Source: a virus. Taken from it: 64,000 nt of DNA. Below, piece after piece: positions 30,417-39,925 of the stretch. The DNA is taken from the IMG/VR virus record IMGVR_UViG_3300025684_000011, one strand, 5' to 3'. The notes under the pieces were generated by a model. That model was not told the DNA's origin, searched no databases, and was given only the letters and a program-made list of their open reading frames with translations. A program made the position numbers and the translations under genes. The stretch's first letter is position 1. Every line of letters starts with the position of its first letter.

Positions 30417-31013
30417 ATGGCAGTTTCAGTAAGTAAATTTAATGTACCTGGTACAACAGATGCCGCACTTGTTAGCCCTAAGTTATCTTACAGATTTAGA
30501 GTTACTTTCACACAATTAGGTGAAGGAGACACAGTAAGTTTAACTAGTCAGGTTGTAAGTGTTAGTCGTCCTTCCGTTACACACGACGACATAACAATCG
30601 ACGTTTATAACTCCAGGATTTATATGGCTGGTAAGCATACTTGGGATCCAATTACATTAACAGTTCGTGACGATGTCACAGGTGCTGTTGGTAATTCGTT
30701 AGCCCAACAGCTTCAAAAGCAAATGGATCACGGAGGACAAACTGGACAAACAGCAGGCGGCCAATACAAGTTCACTACAGTTATTGAGAACTTAGATGGT
30801 AGCGAAGGCGCTGAAGTACTTGATGCTTGGGAGTTAGCAGGTTGCTATATCCAAAACATTAACTACGGTGAAAACAATTATGCTACAAGTGATCCATTAC
30901 AAATTACTGTAATGATCAAGTTTGATAATGCTAACCATACGGTTGCTGGAACGGAAGTTCTAACTGGAGCGGTTTCGGGTAATTCAACTGATAACGCAAC
31001 GGCATCTAATTAA
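30417..31013 (+). CDS. Tail tube protein (T4 gp19-like)
   Basis: YRFRV.F, AGKHTW.PITLTVRDD and W.L.GC.I..INYG...Y motifs; follows the sheath gene. Confidence 0.9.
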   Translation: MAVSVSKFNVPGTTDAALVSPKLSYRFRVTFTQLGEGDTVSLTSQVVSVSRPSVTHDDITIDVYNSRIYMAGKHTWDPITLTVRDDVTGAVGNSLAQQLQKQMDHGGQTGQTAGGQYKFTTVIENLDGSEGAEVLDAWELAGCYIQNINYGENNYATSDPLQITVMIKFDNANHTVAGTEVLTGAVSGNSTDNATASN

Positions 31014-31078
31014 ACTAGTGGTTAATTAAAACGATAAATATAAGTGAGACGGAAACGTATTGCTTATATAAGAATAGA

Positions 31079-31104
31079 GCAAAAGGGCCGTTAGGCCCTT
31101 TTGT
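31079..31104 (+). terminator. Terminator hairpin after the tube gene
   Basis: GCAAAAGGGCC-GTTA-GGCCCTTTTGT. Confidence 0.75.
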
Positions 31105-31125
31105 TGCGACAACGGAGAATAATAC

Positions 31126-32322
31126 ATGCCTTTTAATTCATATGCTTTTAAGCAAATAGGAAATCTTGGTAACTCAGGTGCCTTTGTTGCTGACAGATCT
31201 CCTTACCTTAAGTATCAATTTATTGCTGAGTTTTCTTTAGATGATGCTAATAGAGATGCACCTCCAGGCGAAGATACGTTTCAAGGTAATGATAGCTCTA
31301 GAGAAGATACATCACAACAATTTACTTTAAAAACATTTGAACTACCACGTTGGACAATAGATAGCCAGGTTATTAATCAGTACAATCATAAATCAGTTAT
31401 CCAAACTAAAATGAATTTTGAACCTATTACCATATCATTTTATGATCAACAAAATGATGCAGTAGAAACATTTATCAGTGATGTTGTAAAAGGACAGTTT
31501 GATGCAACTGACGGTTCTAAAAATTTATCTCATAGGCCAATGACAATAAAAGTTCATATGCAACAAACATCAGATGGAGCTCTAAGAAGCGACTTAGACG
31601 AAACTGAATTTACAGGAAAAACATATGAATTATATAATGCTTATATTGTTGATGCACAACACGATACATTAGACTATTCGGCAAGTGATGCGGTATTGTG
31701 GACACTTTCCATTAGATACGAATTTATGTCCTGGCACGAAGATGCAGGAAAGAACTTTAGTAATGTTGATATAGACAAAGACGGAAATTATATTAGACAA
31801 TTTCCAGCAAATAAAGCACCTGAAGCTATTCCAGATACAAAGAAAAAAGCAGATACTCCTCCAAAGACAGTAGTAAAGTCAGTGGTAAAAGAAAGAGAAG
31901 TAGTGTTTAACAAGAAGTCACTAACTGGTAGCGAATCTCAAGAAATAATAGATGCTAGGAAAGATAAAATTAAGACCAGTCAAGCAGTTAATCAAAGAGA
32001 CTTAAAACCTAATGCTCCTGTTGAAGAAGTATTTCTAAAACGTCTTGATAACTCAAATGGAAAACAAATTCTTCAAGCAGTTAATAGAAAAACTAGAAGA
32101 TCTCTTTCACCATCGGAAGCCGCTGATGTTGCTAGAATTGTAAGACAGCAAGATGATAAATTAGGAGCAGGAGTACTTGAAGCTCAAAGAAATAAACTAA
32201 GCCCTGATGCTAGAAAAGCATTACAGCAAATTAACTCGTCACAAAATACTAAGGTAAGAGAAGATATCCAACGTAAGGATAACATACTTAGAACACAACG
32301 AGATGCATCTAGGAGAGGTTAA
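31126..32322 (+). CDS. Tube-fold baseplate/tube-initiator protein (gp48/gp54-like) with basic C-terminal extension
   Basis: LP.W......NQYN......K..FEPITISFYD and HDTLDYS.SD.......IRYE, a tail-tube paralogue pattern. Confidence 0.65.
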   Translation: MPFNSYAFKQIGNLGNSGAFVADRSPYLKYQFIAEFSLDDANRDAPPGEDTFQGNDSSREDTSQQFTLKTFELPRWTIDSQVINQYNHKSVIQTKMNFEPITISFYDQQNDAVETFISDVVKGQFDATDGSKNLSHRPMTIKVHMQQTSDGALRSDLDETEFTGKTYELYNAYIVDAQHDTLDYSASDAVLWTLSIRYEFMSWHEDAGKNFSNVDIDKDGNYIRQFPANKAPEAIPDTKKKADTPPKTVVKSVVKEREVVFNKKSLTGSESQEIIDARKDKIKTSQAVNQRDLKPNAPVEEVFLKRLDNSNGKQILQAVNRKTRRSLSPSEAADVARIVRQQDDKLGAGVLEAQRNKLSPDARKALQQINSSQNTKVREDIQRKDNILRTQRDASRRG

Positions 32323-32705
32323 TGAGTAATATTATACCACAAGTAAAATTTGATCAAGCAGTACAGAAAGTCTTAAACTTGGGCTTAGGAAGAACACCAG
32401 CAGAAAATGTTGTTCAGAATCTATGGAAAGCAAGTATTGACTTAGGACTTGAGTTTAATAACTTAATTACTCAAGCAACTAAGACTGGAAAGTTAGTGGT
32501 TACTCAAGATGTTTTAAATAATATTAATACCAATAATAATCCAAACGGTATCTCGTATAATGTAAAACAGCCTCTTAACATTCCACCGGTTGTATTAAGA
32601 GAGTTTCGTGTTAATAATTATGATTATGCTTATACAACACAACTTGGAGAATTAATTACTACACAAGATCCAAACGAGGCGTTATTAACTGAAGCCGGTA
32701 CATAA
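32322..32705 (+). CDS. Hypothetical structural protein
   Basis: 127 aa ORF translationally coupled to the upstream gene. Confidence 0.65.
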   Translation: MSNIIPQVKFDQAVQKVLNLGLGRTPAENVVQNLWKASIDLGLEFNNLITQATKTGKLVVTQDVLNNINTNNNPNGISYNVKQPLNIPPVVLREFRVNNYDYAYTTQLGELITTQDPNEALLTEAGT

Positions 32706-32707
32706 AA

Positions 32708-33160
32708 ATGGCCAACAATTTTAAAAAAGGAACCTATTCGGTTCTCAACCCAAACAAGTACACAGGTAAAGGAGCTCCAACATATAGAAGTGGTTGGGAG
32801 TTAACCTTTATGAGATTCTGTGATAATAATCCTAATATTATATCTTGGGCAAGTGAAGCAGTTAGAATACCTTACAGAAATCCATTTACTGGAAAACAAA
32901 CAACTTATGTCCCAGACTTTTTAATAACTTATATGGGAAAAAATAATCAACGTAGAGCAGAACTAATCGAAGTTAAACCTAGAGCTCAAGTTACTTTAGA
33001 AGTAGCTCGTAGCCAGAAAGAAAAAGCGTCAGTAATACTTAATATGGCAAAGTGGGAAGCCGCTAGAGCCTGGTGCAAAGGAATGGGTTGTCAATTCCGT
33101 ATTATAACAGAGGAAGATCTTTTTAATAAGGCTAGTCCTAACAGAACACGTCGTAAATAA
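32708..33160 (+). CDS. Head completion nuclease (T4 gp4-like, PD-(D/E)XK)
   Basis: YRSGWE..FM..CD.NP.I..W.SE...IPY, YVPDF, IEVKP and N.AKW.AA motifs. Confidence 0.85.
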   Translation: MANNFKKGTYSVLNPNKYTGKGAPTYRSGWELTFMRFCDNNPNIISWASEAVRIPYRNPFTGKQTTYVPDFLITYMGKNNQRRAELIEVKPRAQVTLEVARSQKEKASVILNMAKWEAARAWCKGMGCQFRIITEEDLFNKASPNRTRRK

Positions 33161-33216
33161 CCTAATTTTTGGTTCAAAGTGAACACCCGTATGGTATTAA
33201 GATCATAAGTATATAC

Positions 33217-33738
33217 ATGACTAAGAAATTAGAAGAGGTATTTGGATTTTCTCCCGAAAGTGATGATGAAAACGATAGTACCGACCTAAACAACACAATT
33301 GACGCAGAAGTCAATATCGAGCCAGTAGTAGTGGATGAAATAAGATCTGCTCAGGCAGTAATAGATATGGCGAGTCGTATAGATACGGCTTTACCAACTG
33401 TTACAGATATGGCTAGTGCTGAAAGAGAATTAGATAACCTTGCACAAAAGGCAGAAAGTCAAAGCGATAGATTAATGGATTTAGGCTTTAATGTTGATGA
33501 CAGAAATGCCGGTAAAGTATTTGAAGTAGGAGCCACATTACTTAAAGTAGCAGTAGACGCCAAAGTATCTAAGTTAGAAAAGAAACTTAAAATGGTAGAA
33601 TTACAGCTAAGAAAAGCAAAACTTAACCAGTCAGACGATAAGGATGATACAAATGTCATAGACGCAGATTCAACTACCTTGGCTAGTAGGAATGACTTAG
33701 TGCAAGCAATACTAAATCGTGTGGGTCAGAATAAATAA
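33217..33738 (+). CDS. Probable terminase small subunit
   Basis: Helical 173 aa protein (MTKKLEEVF...; R...VFEV...LL..A.DAK; SRNDL) upstream of TerL; start placed 5 nt after TAAGTA. Confidence 0.55.
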   Translation: MTKKLEEVFGFSPESDDENDSTDLNNTIDAEVNIEPVVVDEIRSAQAVIDMASRIDTALPTVTDMASAERELDNLAQKAESQSDRLMDLGFNVDDRNAGKVFEVGATLLKVAVDAKVSKLEKKLKMVELQLRKAKLNQSDDKDDTNVIDADSTTLASRNDLVQAILNRVGQNK

Positions 33739-33758
33739 GAGTATGAGGAGATATAATT

Positions 33759-34355
33759 ATGCCCACTTTATTAGAATATATTAACCAATTACAACGGGAA
33801 CACAAATACCGTGTAAAAATGGTTTTTTCGCCTAGCGAAAAACAGCTCGAGACTTTAGAAAGACATATGAAAAAATATGATGCTCTTGAAGTCGGAAGAC
33901 CTGAAAAACTTATGCTACAAGCAATCCCTGCAGACTTTCCTAACTATGGAGGTCACGAGGTTGTGGTAATGGACGTTACTACAAGATTGCCAATTCAGCC
34001 TGTTATGTTAGAGACAGAACTTAGAGAACTTTGTAGAGTACCAGAAGGAACTTTAAAAGTATTTGGTGCTGACGAGCCATTGGAAAAGCAAACTCAAAAA
34101 TCAATGGAAGAAACAGATGAAGAATACGAAGCAATTACAGGAACAGAATACCAAGACAAAGAAGCAAATGAAGTTTCTGCTAAAGATGTAGCAGGCGACG
34201 AATATGTTTCTAAACTTGTAGACTCTGCATCAGAAGATGACAGCAGAAAAGTAGTATTATCTAAAGAATCAGATGCTACTACATCTGGACCAATCCTAAA
34301 CGACAAGACAGTTTCTGATAGTCCACTAACAAAAGCAAACAAAGGAGCAAACTAA
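33759..34355 (+). CDS. Hypothetical virion/head protein
   Basis: 198 aa, SD GAGGAG, MPTLLEYI N-terminus, acidic C-terminus. Confidence 0.7.
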   Translation: MPTLLEYINQLQREHKYRVKMVFSPSEKQLETLERHMKKYDALEVGRPEKLMLQAIPADFPNYGGHEVVVMDVTTRLPIQPVMLETELRELCRVPEGTLKVFGADEPLEKQTQKSMEETDEEYEAITGTEYQDKEANEVSAKDVAGDEYVSKLVDSASEDDSRKVVLSKESDATTSGPILNDKTVSDSPLTKANKGAN

Positions 34356-34356
34356 A

Positions 34357-36561
34357 ATGGCAAATAATAATGATGACATTAAAAATGTATTATTAGCACT
34401 TAATCAATTTACTCCTGCTGATGCAGTATTAACTGTCGATAGTGAAACTAAGAATACTGATATTGTGCAGGAAGGAATTAGAGTTACCAAAGAAGGTATT
34501 GAAGAAGCATGGGACACGTTAGAGGCTCCTAAGGCTAAAGAAGCTACTGCTGAAGCAGATACAGAGGTTACAGAGCATAACAGCGGTGAAGATGTTACTT
34601 TAACAGTTAACACTCCAACTGAAATCAAAGTACCAGCAGAGCAAGCAGATATGATTGCTAATATGCTTAAATTAGCAGGAGTTGAAGTTGGCGACAAACC
34701 AGCTATGGACCAACCAGATATGGATATGGACAGCGGCGACGGAGAAGACTTACCTATGGTAATTCCAACTGATGACGAAGAAGCACCATTAATGGGTGCC
34801 TGTGCATCAGAAGGAAATGAATTCTCAGGTAAACGCCAAGATGCTATTGATGCTGGAGAAGACGAGTTTGAAGTTGACGGTAAAACTCATAAAGTTAAAG
34901 GCGACAACGGCAAAACTGAATCAGAAGAAGTTCAAGAAGCCAAAGATAAGATGGTTTGTAAGCATTGTGGAGATGAAATTTATAAACCTAAATCAGATTG
35001 TGAATGTGATTGCAATGATCCAAAAGGTGATAATTGGGTCAAAGAAACATATGAAATGGCTGAAGTTGAAGAATCAATTGAAAAGGCATGGAACGAAAAT
35101 GTTACATCTGAAGCAATTGGACAGTATGCAGATCCACTATACGATTTAATTGAAGAATTAGGAAGTCATCAGGTAGTAATGGATGAACTTATTCGTTATT
35201 TAGATGCTGATCAAATTAAAGAGTTTGTTTCAGACTTCCGCAGACATCATGAAATGCCAGCAGATGGTCCTATTGATGATGACGATCCAAGATACATGGA
35301 TGATGAAAATCTTCCAAAAGAAGGAGTTGAAATGAAAAAAGAATCAGACACAGCTTTGTCTACAGGAAATGCAATAATGTATAAAGGCAAAGAAATTGAT
35401 TTGCGTAAACTAGATTATGACATGCAAGACATAAGCGACGGTATGTGGGAAATAAATGCTCCTGTGTATTACACAGACGGTACAGAAGTAGCAGATGGTG
35501 ATTATGATGGTTTATATGATCTGCCAGAATTAAATGATTGGATATATCAAGATTATACGTCCGAGTCAATTGAAGAGTCAGACATTGATCAAATTGCAGA
35601 CGTTGGAAAAGTCTATTCTAAGATTAACAAAATGAAAATGGATTTGGTTGACAACGGCATGGAGCCAGAAGATGCACAGGACAAAGCATGTGAAAAATAT
35701 GACTGTGATCCAGCAATGTACGACAAATATGTTGAAATGAAGAGAGATGAAAGAGAACAACCAATGCAAGAAGCTTTTGACAAAGTGGATAGAATTACCG
35801 ATATGGAAGAACTCAATCTTTACGATCCTGCAGAAATAGAAGCCGCTAAGTCAATGAGTGCAGAACAACTTAAAGACGAGCTAATGGGCGACATCTATCA
35901 TGTAATGGATAAAGCATCAGATGATTTTACTGACAATGATTATATTGTGGATGAAATGGGTGATAACTTTGCCTCTATGCATTTAAACGCAGATGATGCA
36001 ACATTGTCTTGTTATAGTGCAATGAGAGATTTAGTTGATGAAGATCCAGCAGACGTTTTACAAACAGGTCAAATGTGCCTTAAAATATTAGGTGCTCAAC
36101 CATATGAAGCTAATGAGTCTAAAGATAATTTAGATCCTCAAGTAAATCGTATTGCTGAGTTATCAGGTATAACAACCCCAGTAGCACAAGCAAACCCAGT
36201 AGCAGAAGCAGTTTCAACAACAGACCTTATTACAAAGTATCAAGGTTCAGAAGTTGATGTTAACGATATGAACAGATTGTTAAAACTATCTGGAATGGGT
36301 GAACTAGACGAGTCTAAACTAGCAAATGCACCAGCAGGAACTAGTATGGATGAGCCAACTGAATTTGACAAATTACCAAGTGAAGTAGGTAAAGGTGCTG
36401 GTAACTCAGATTACATTAACCGTGCAGATGGCCAAGGAGAAAATCCAATGGGTATGCATAGTAGTGATGTTGAAGAGTCATTTAATACAGCTTTAGGTGA
36501 ATACCGCAAGTTTGTAGCAGAAGGCATTATGGGAAAAAAGACTAAAAAAGCTAAGAAGTAG
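34357..36561 (+). CDS. Large acidic modular internal-head/core-like protein
   Basis: 734 aa very rich in Asp/Glu, mosaic of short modules, three LxxL(A/S)G motifs, one Cys-rich module. Confidence 0.6.
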   Translation: MANNNDDIKNVLLALNQFTPADAVLTVDSETKNTDIVQEGIRVTKEGIEEAWDTLEAPKAKEATAEADTEVTEHNSGEDVTLTVNTPTEIKVPAEQADMIANMLKLAGVEVGDKPAMDQPDMDMDSGDGEDLPMVIPTDDEEAPLMGACASEGNEFSGKRQDAIDAGEDEFEVDGKTHKVKGDNGKTESEEVQEAKDKMVCKHCGDEIYKPKSDCECDCNDPKGDNWVKETYEMAEVEESIEKAWNENVTSEAIGQYADPLYDLIEELGSHQVVMDELIRYLDADQIKEFVSDFRRHHEMPADGPIDDDDPRYMDDENLPKEGVEMKKESDTALSTGNAIMYKGKEIDLRKLDYDMQDISDGMWEINAPVYYTDGTEVADGDYDGLYDLPELNDWIYQDYTSESIEESDIDQIADVGKVYSKINKMKMDLVDNGMEPEDAQDKACEKYDCDPAMYDKYVEMKRDEREQPMQEAFDKVDRITDMEELNLYDPAEIEAAKSMSAEQLKDELMGDIYHVMDKASDDFTDNDYIVDEMGDNFASMHLNADDATLSCYSAMRDLVDEDPADVLQTGQMCLKILGAQPYEANESKDNLDPQVNRIAELSGITTPVAQANPVAEAVSTTDLITKYQGSEVDVNDMNRLLKLSGMGELDESKLANAPAGTSMDEPTEFDKLPSEVGKGAGNSDYINRADGQGENPMGMHSSDVEESFNTALGEYRKFVAEGIMGKKTKKAKK

Positions 36562-36570
36562 GAGTAGCTA

Positions 36571-38130
36571 ATGGCAAACAGACCTAATTTTAGTTTTGTT
36601 AAATCGCCTTATCAATTAGAGAGATTCACGGACGAACAAATCCGTGAACTCTCCATTTGTGCGAACGATCCAATTTATTTTATCGATACTCATTGTTGGG
36701 TACAACATGCAGTTCGAGGTAAAATACCTTTCAAACTTTATCGTTATCAACGTGATTTATTAAAATGCTATCATGAAAACAGATATAGTATTAATATGCT
36801 CGGAAGACAGATGGGCAAAACTGCCTGTGCGGCCGCATACCTAGTGTGGAGAGCATTATTTGTTGCTGATAGTACAATACTTATTGCGGCACATAAATTT
36901 GCTGGTGCTCAAGAAATTATGCAAAGGGTCCGTTATACATATGAAACACTTCCAGACTTTCTAAAAGCAGGCGCAACTAGTTATAATAAAGGTAGTATAG
37001 ATTTTGACAACGGAAGTCGTATCATGTCAGCAACAACCACAGACAATACCGGACGTGGTATGTCTATATCTTTATTATATGCTGATGAGTTTGCCTTTGT
37101 TAAGCCTAGAATTGCAACTGAATTTTGGACATCAATTTCACCTACACTAGCAACAGGTGGTAAATGTATTATTACAAGTACTCCAAACCAAGATGACGAC
37201 CAATTTGCTCGTATATGGAAAGAAGCAGAAAAGAAGATTGATGACTTTGGAAATCCTAATACTAATCCTACACTAGGACAAAACGGATTTGCAAATATAC
37301 AATTTAAATGGAACAGACATCCAGAAAGAAATGAAGATTGGGCAATGGAAGAACGTTCTAAAATTGGAGAAGAAAGATTTAGAAGAGAACACGAATGTGA
37401 ATTTATTATTGCAGATGAAACATTAATTAATCCTTTAAAATTGGTAAACATGAAAAGCCAAGATGCAAAATTTAATTTAGGACAAGTCCGTGTTTACGAA
37501 CAACCTAATGCTACAGCATTTGTAATAGGATGGGATCCTTCATTAGGAACAGGCGGAGACATGGCCGCAATCGAAATATATCGTTTACCAGATGTTGTAC
37601 AAGTAGCAGAATGGCAACATAATAAAACAGATATACAAGGCCAGTTAAGACAACTTGTTAGTATGTTACGTTGGCTACAAACCGAATGCCCTGACGCAGA
37701 ACTATATTGGTCAGTAGAGAATAATAGTATTGGTGAAGCATCGTTAGTTTCAATTAAAGAATTTGGAGAAGAAAACATTCCTGGTAACTTTGTACAAGAA
37801 GTAAGAAAGCCCGGACAAACAAAAGGAAGAAGAGGATTTAATACAACGCATAAAAGTAAAATTACTTCTTGTATGCGTTTGAAGAGCTATATTGAAGGCG
37901 ACAAAATGACAGTAAGAAGTCATAACTTGTTAAGAGAAATGAAAAATTTTATTGCTAAAGGTTCTAGTTTTTCTGCTAAAGAAGGGGAAACTGATGATTT
38001 AGTAATGTCTACAATATTAGCATTAAGAATTATTGAGGTAGTAATGGCATGGGATATGCCAACATATGAATATCTCATAAATAGTGATACAGAAGAAGCA
38101 ATTAAGCCTATGCCTATTGGCTTCTTATAA
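36571..38130 (+). CDS. Terminase large subunit (T4 gp17-like)
   Basis: GRQMGKT Walker A, LLYADEFAFV Walker B, ITSTPN coupling motif, RNase H-like GWDPS.G.GGD and DDLVMS. Confidence 0.95.
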   Translation: MANRPNFSFVKSPYQLERFTDEQIRELSICANDPIYFIDTHCWVQHAVRGKIPFKLYRYQRDLLKCYHENRYSINMLGRQMGKTACAAAYLVWRALFVADSTILIAAHKFAGAQEIMQRVRYTYETLPDFLKAGATSYNKGSIDFDNGSRIMSATTTDNTGRGMSISLLYADEFAFVKPRIATEFWTSISPTLATGGKCIITSTPNQDDDQFARIWKEAEKKIDDFGNPNTNPTLGQNGFANIQFKWNRHPERNEDWAMEERSKIGEERFRREHECEFIIADETLINPLKLVNMKSQDAKFNLGQVRVYEQPNATAFVIGWDPSLGTGGDMAAIEIYRLPDVVQVAEWQHNKTDIQGQLRQLVSMLRWLQTECPDAELYWSVENNSIGEASLVSIKEFGEENIPGNFVQEVRKPGQTKGRRGFNTTHKSKITSCMRLKSYIEGDKMTVRSHNLLREMKNFIAKGSSFSAKEGETDDLVMSTILALRIIEVVMAWDMPTYEYLINSDTEEAIKPMPIGFL

Positions 38131-38143
38131 GGTAAATAACAGT

Positions 38144-39055
38144 ATGGCAAATAAAGAAAATATATCATCTGACTTAGTTGGAACTTTAACAGGGCTTAGT
38201 CATAGTGTAGCACTTCGAGATGACGAAGGTAGAGCAACTGTTAATGCAGATGCTTCTATATACCTATACATTAAAGATAAAGGTATTCTTGTATTAGTTA
38301 AGAATGATGTCAAAGAAGTTGAAATTTGGTACGATCCTGCTTCAGCAGATATGGAATTTGTTAAAAACGAAATTAAACCACGGGTAACTACTACAGCTAG
38401 AAGATATCTTTATAGCACAACAACTAGAAGTTATGACGGAGAAATTAGACCTAAAGATTTTGTACACAGAACACAAACAAATGAAAGTAGGAATACAAGT
38501 AAATCCAGTTATCATCCGTTGGGCGAAACAAGAATTATTATTCGACACAATAAAAAAGTAGACGAAGAAAAACGTGGAGCTCGTAGCCGTAATATACAAG
38601 ATGTTTTTATTGAACATAAAGGCGAAAGATTTAGATATCCTCATAAACATTTACTAGGTGCTAGAGTCATGGCATTACATGTTGATCAAGGTGGAAAGCC
38701 TTGGGATCAACTAGGCGAAAAAATTAACGAAATTAGCAGACGTAGAAAAGACATTATGGAATTATTACGTTGGAGTAACAAAATTGAACCGTCATCGCAA
38801 CTTGAAGAAATTAGAAGTCGTGCAAAAAGTGAGGTATTATTGCTTCGTAGAATAATGGATAGTGCCGCTAGAACTGGTAAATTAGATCGTATTGTTGAAC
38901 ATAAGCTAATAATTAGACAGCCAGTATCAGAATCAAATTTAAATATTATACGAAATACAAATGTTAAACTTAAATTAATCCCTGGGTTAGAAATTATTAG
39001 GCCAGAGGGGTTAGTTACTGAAGAACTTAATATACTAACTAATAAATTATTATGA
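38144..39055 (+). CDS. Hypothetical protein (late-like promoter)
   Basis: 303 aa from ATG 38144, 5 nt after TAAATA; GARSRNI..VFIE..GERF.YP..HL.GAR.MA.HV segment. Confidence 0.7.
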   Translation: MANKENISSDLVGTLTGLSHSVALRDDEGRATVNADASIYLYIKDKGILVLVKNDVKEVEIWYDPASADMEFVKNEIKPRVTTTARRYLYSTTTRSYDGEIRPKDFVHRTQTNESRNTSKSSYHPLGETRIIIRHNKKVDEEKRGARSRNIQDVFIEHKGERFRYPHKHLLGARVMALHVDQGGKPWDQLGEKINEISRRRKDIMELLRWSNKIEPSSQLEEIRSRAKSEVLLLRRIMDSAARTGKLDRIVEHKLIIRQPVSESNLNIIRNTNVKLKLIPGLEIIRPEGLVTEELNILTNKLL

Positions 39056-39786
39056 TCAATTGGCAGAATGCCTATAATATACCTGGATGGATGCTTTGGA
39101 GAGATTTAATACTTTTAGGTATTATTGCTAAACATACATCAGAAAATTCAAATTTTATAGAAATTGGTAGTTTTGTTGGACGTAGCACTATGGCTATTAA
39201 AGACAATTTACCAGAAAGCACTTGTTTGACAAGTATCGATCCGTTATCAACGCAAATTTGGTCTGCGTATAAAATGGGTCCAGGTTGTTTAGGAGATCAA
39301 AAGGATAAAGAAGATTCTAAGATATACAGCAACTGGAAAGAAATGGTAAAAATAGCACAAGAGCATGACAGCTGGATTCCTAGTTTTAAACATTGTACAA
39401 ATTTTGTTGAAAGTGATAAATGGAAGCTAATAACAAAAAGAAGTGATGAATACGAAATCCCACATGATATGAATATTGATGCAGTTTTTATAGATGGTGA
39501 CCATTCCACCGAACAAGTTGAACGTGATATCTGTAAGTTTATAGATGCAGATCCAAATGATGAGATGTTAATGCTAGGGCATGACTTAAACCTAGATCAC
39601 CATGATGACATATATCCAGCATTAGTTAGAACACAACGACACCCACGTTATAGACATAGAAGGCGCATATTAGTACAGATGCAATTATCTGAAATATGGT
39701 TTCTTTGGCCTACAAAAGGCAAATGGGCAACCCTTTTACCACAAATTATAAACGAAGTCAACCACGAAAGTGAATATTTCTCCTAA
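39052..39786 (+). CDS. Class I SAM-dependent methyltransferase (Methyltransf_24-like)
   Basis: FIEIGSFVGRS motif I, IDP, DAVFIDGDHS...V..DI and GHD. Confidence 0.8.
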   Translation: MINWQNAYNIPGWMLWRDLILLGIIAKHTSENSNFIEIGSFVGRSTMAIKDNLPESTCLTSIDPLSTQIWSAYKMGPGCLGDQKDKEDSKIYSNWKEMVKIAQEHDSWIPSFKHCTNFVESDKWKLITKRSDEYEIPHDMNIDAVFIDGDHSTEQVERDICKFIDADPNDEMLMLGHDLNLDHHDDIYPALVRTQRHPRYRHRRRILVQMQLSEIWFLWPTKGKWATLLPQIINEVNHESEYFS

Positions 39787-39814
39787 ATACCGTCTAAAAC
39801 GGATAAATGGACAC

Positions 39815-39843
39815 TTGACTTTAACTAAGAAGATAAGTATAAT
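39815..39843 (+). promoter_or_regulatory. Sigma70-type promoter for the ssb operon
   Basis: TTGACT-17nt-TATAAT. Confidence 0.8.
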
Positions 39844-39925
39844 TACAATGTAGGCCGGGAAGGTTTACGTTGTTTGGCTCATAAGATATGAACAAATTAA
39901 GGCTCATAATAAGGAGAAAATAATT

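Noticed and set aside
32708-33160. TnsA-like endonuclease suggesting a Tn7 element
   Set aside because: Motifs and context match T4 gp4 head-completion protein; no tnsB/C or transposon ends
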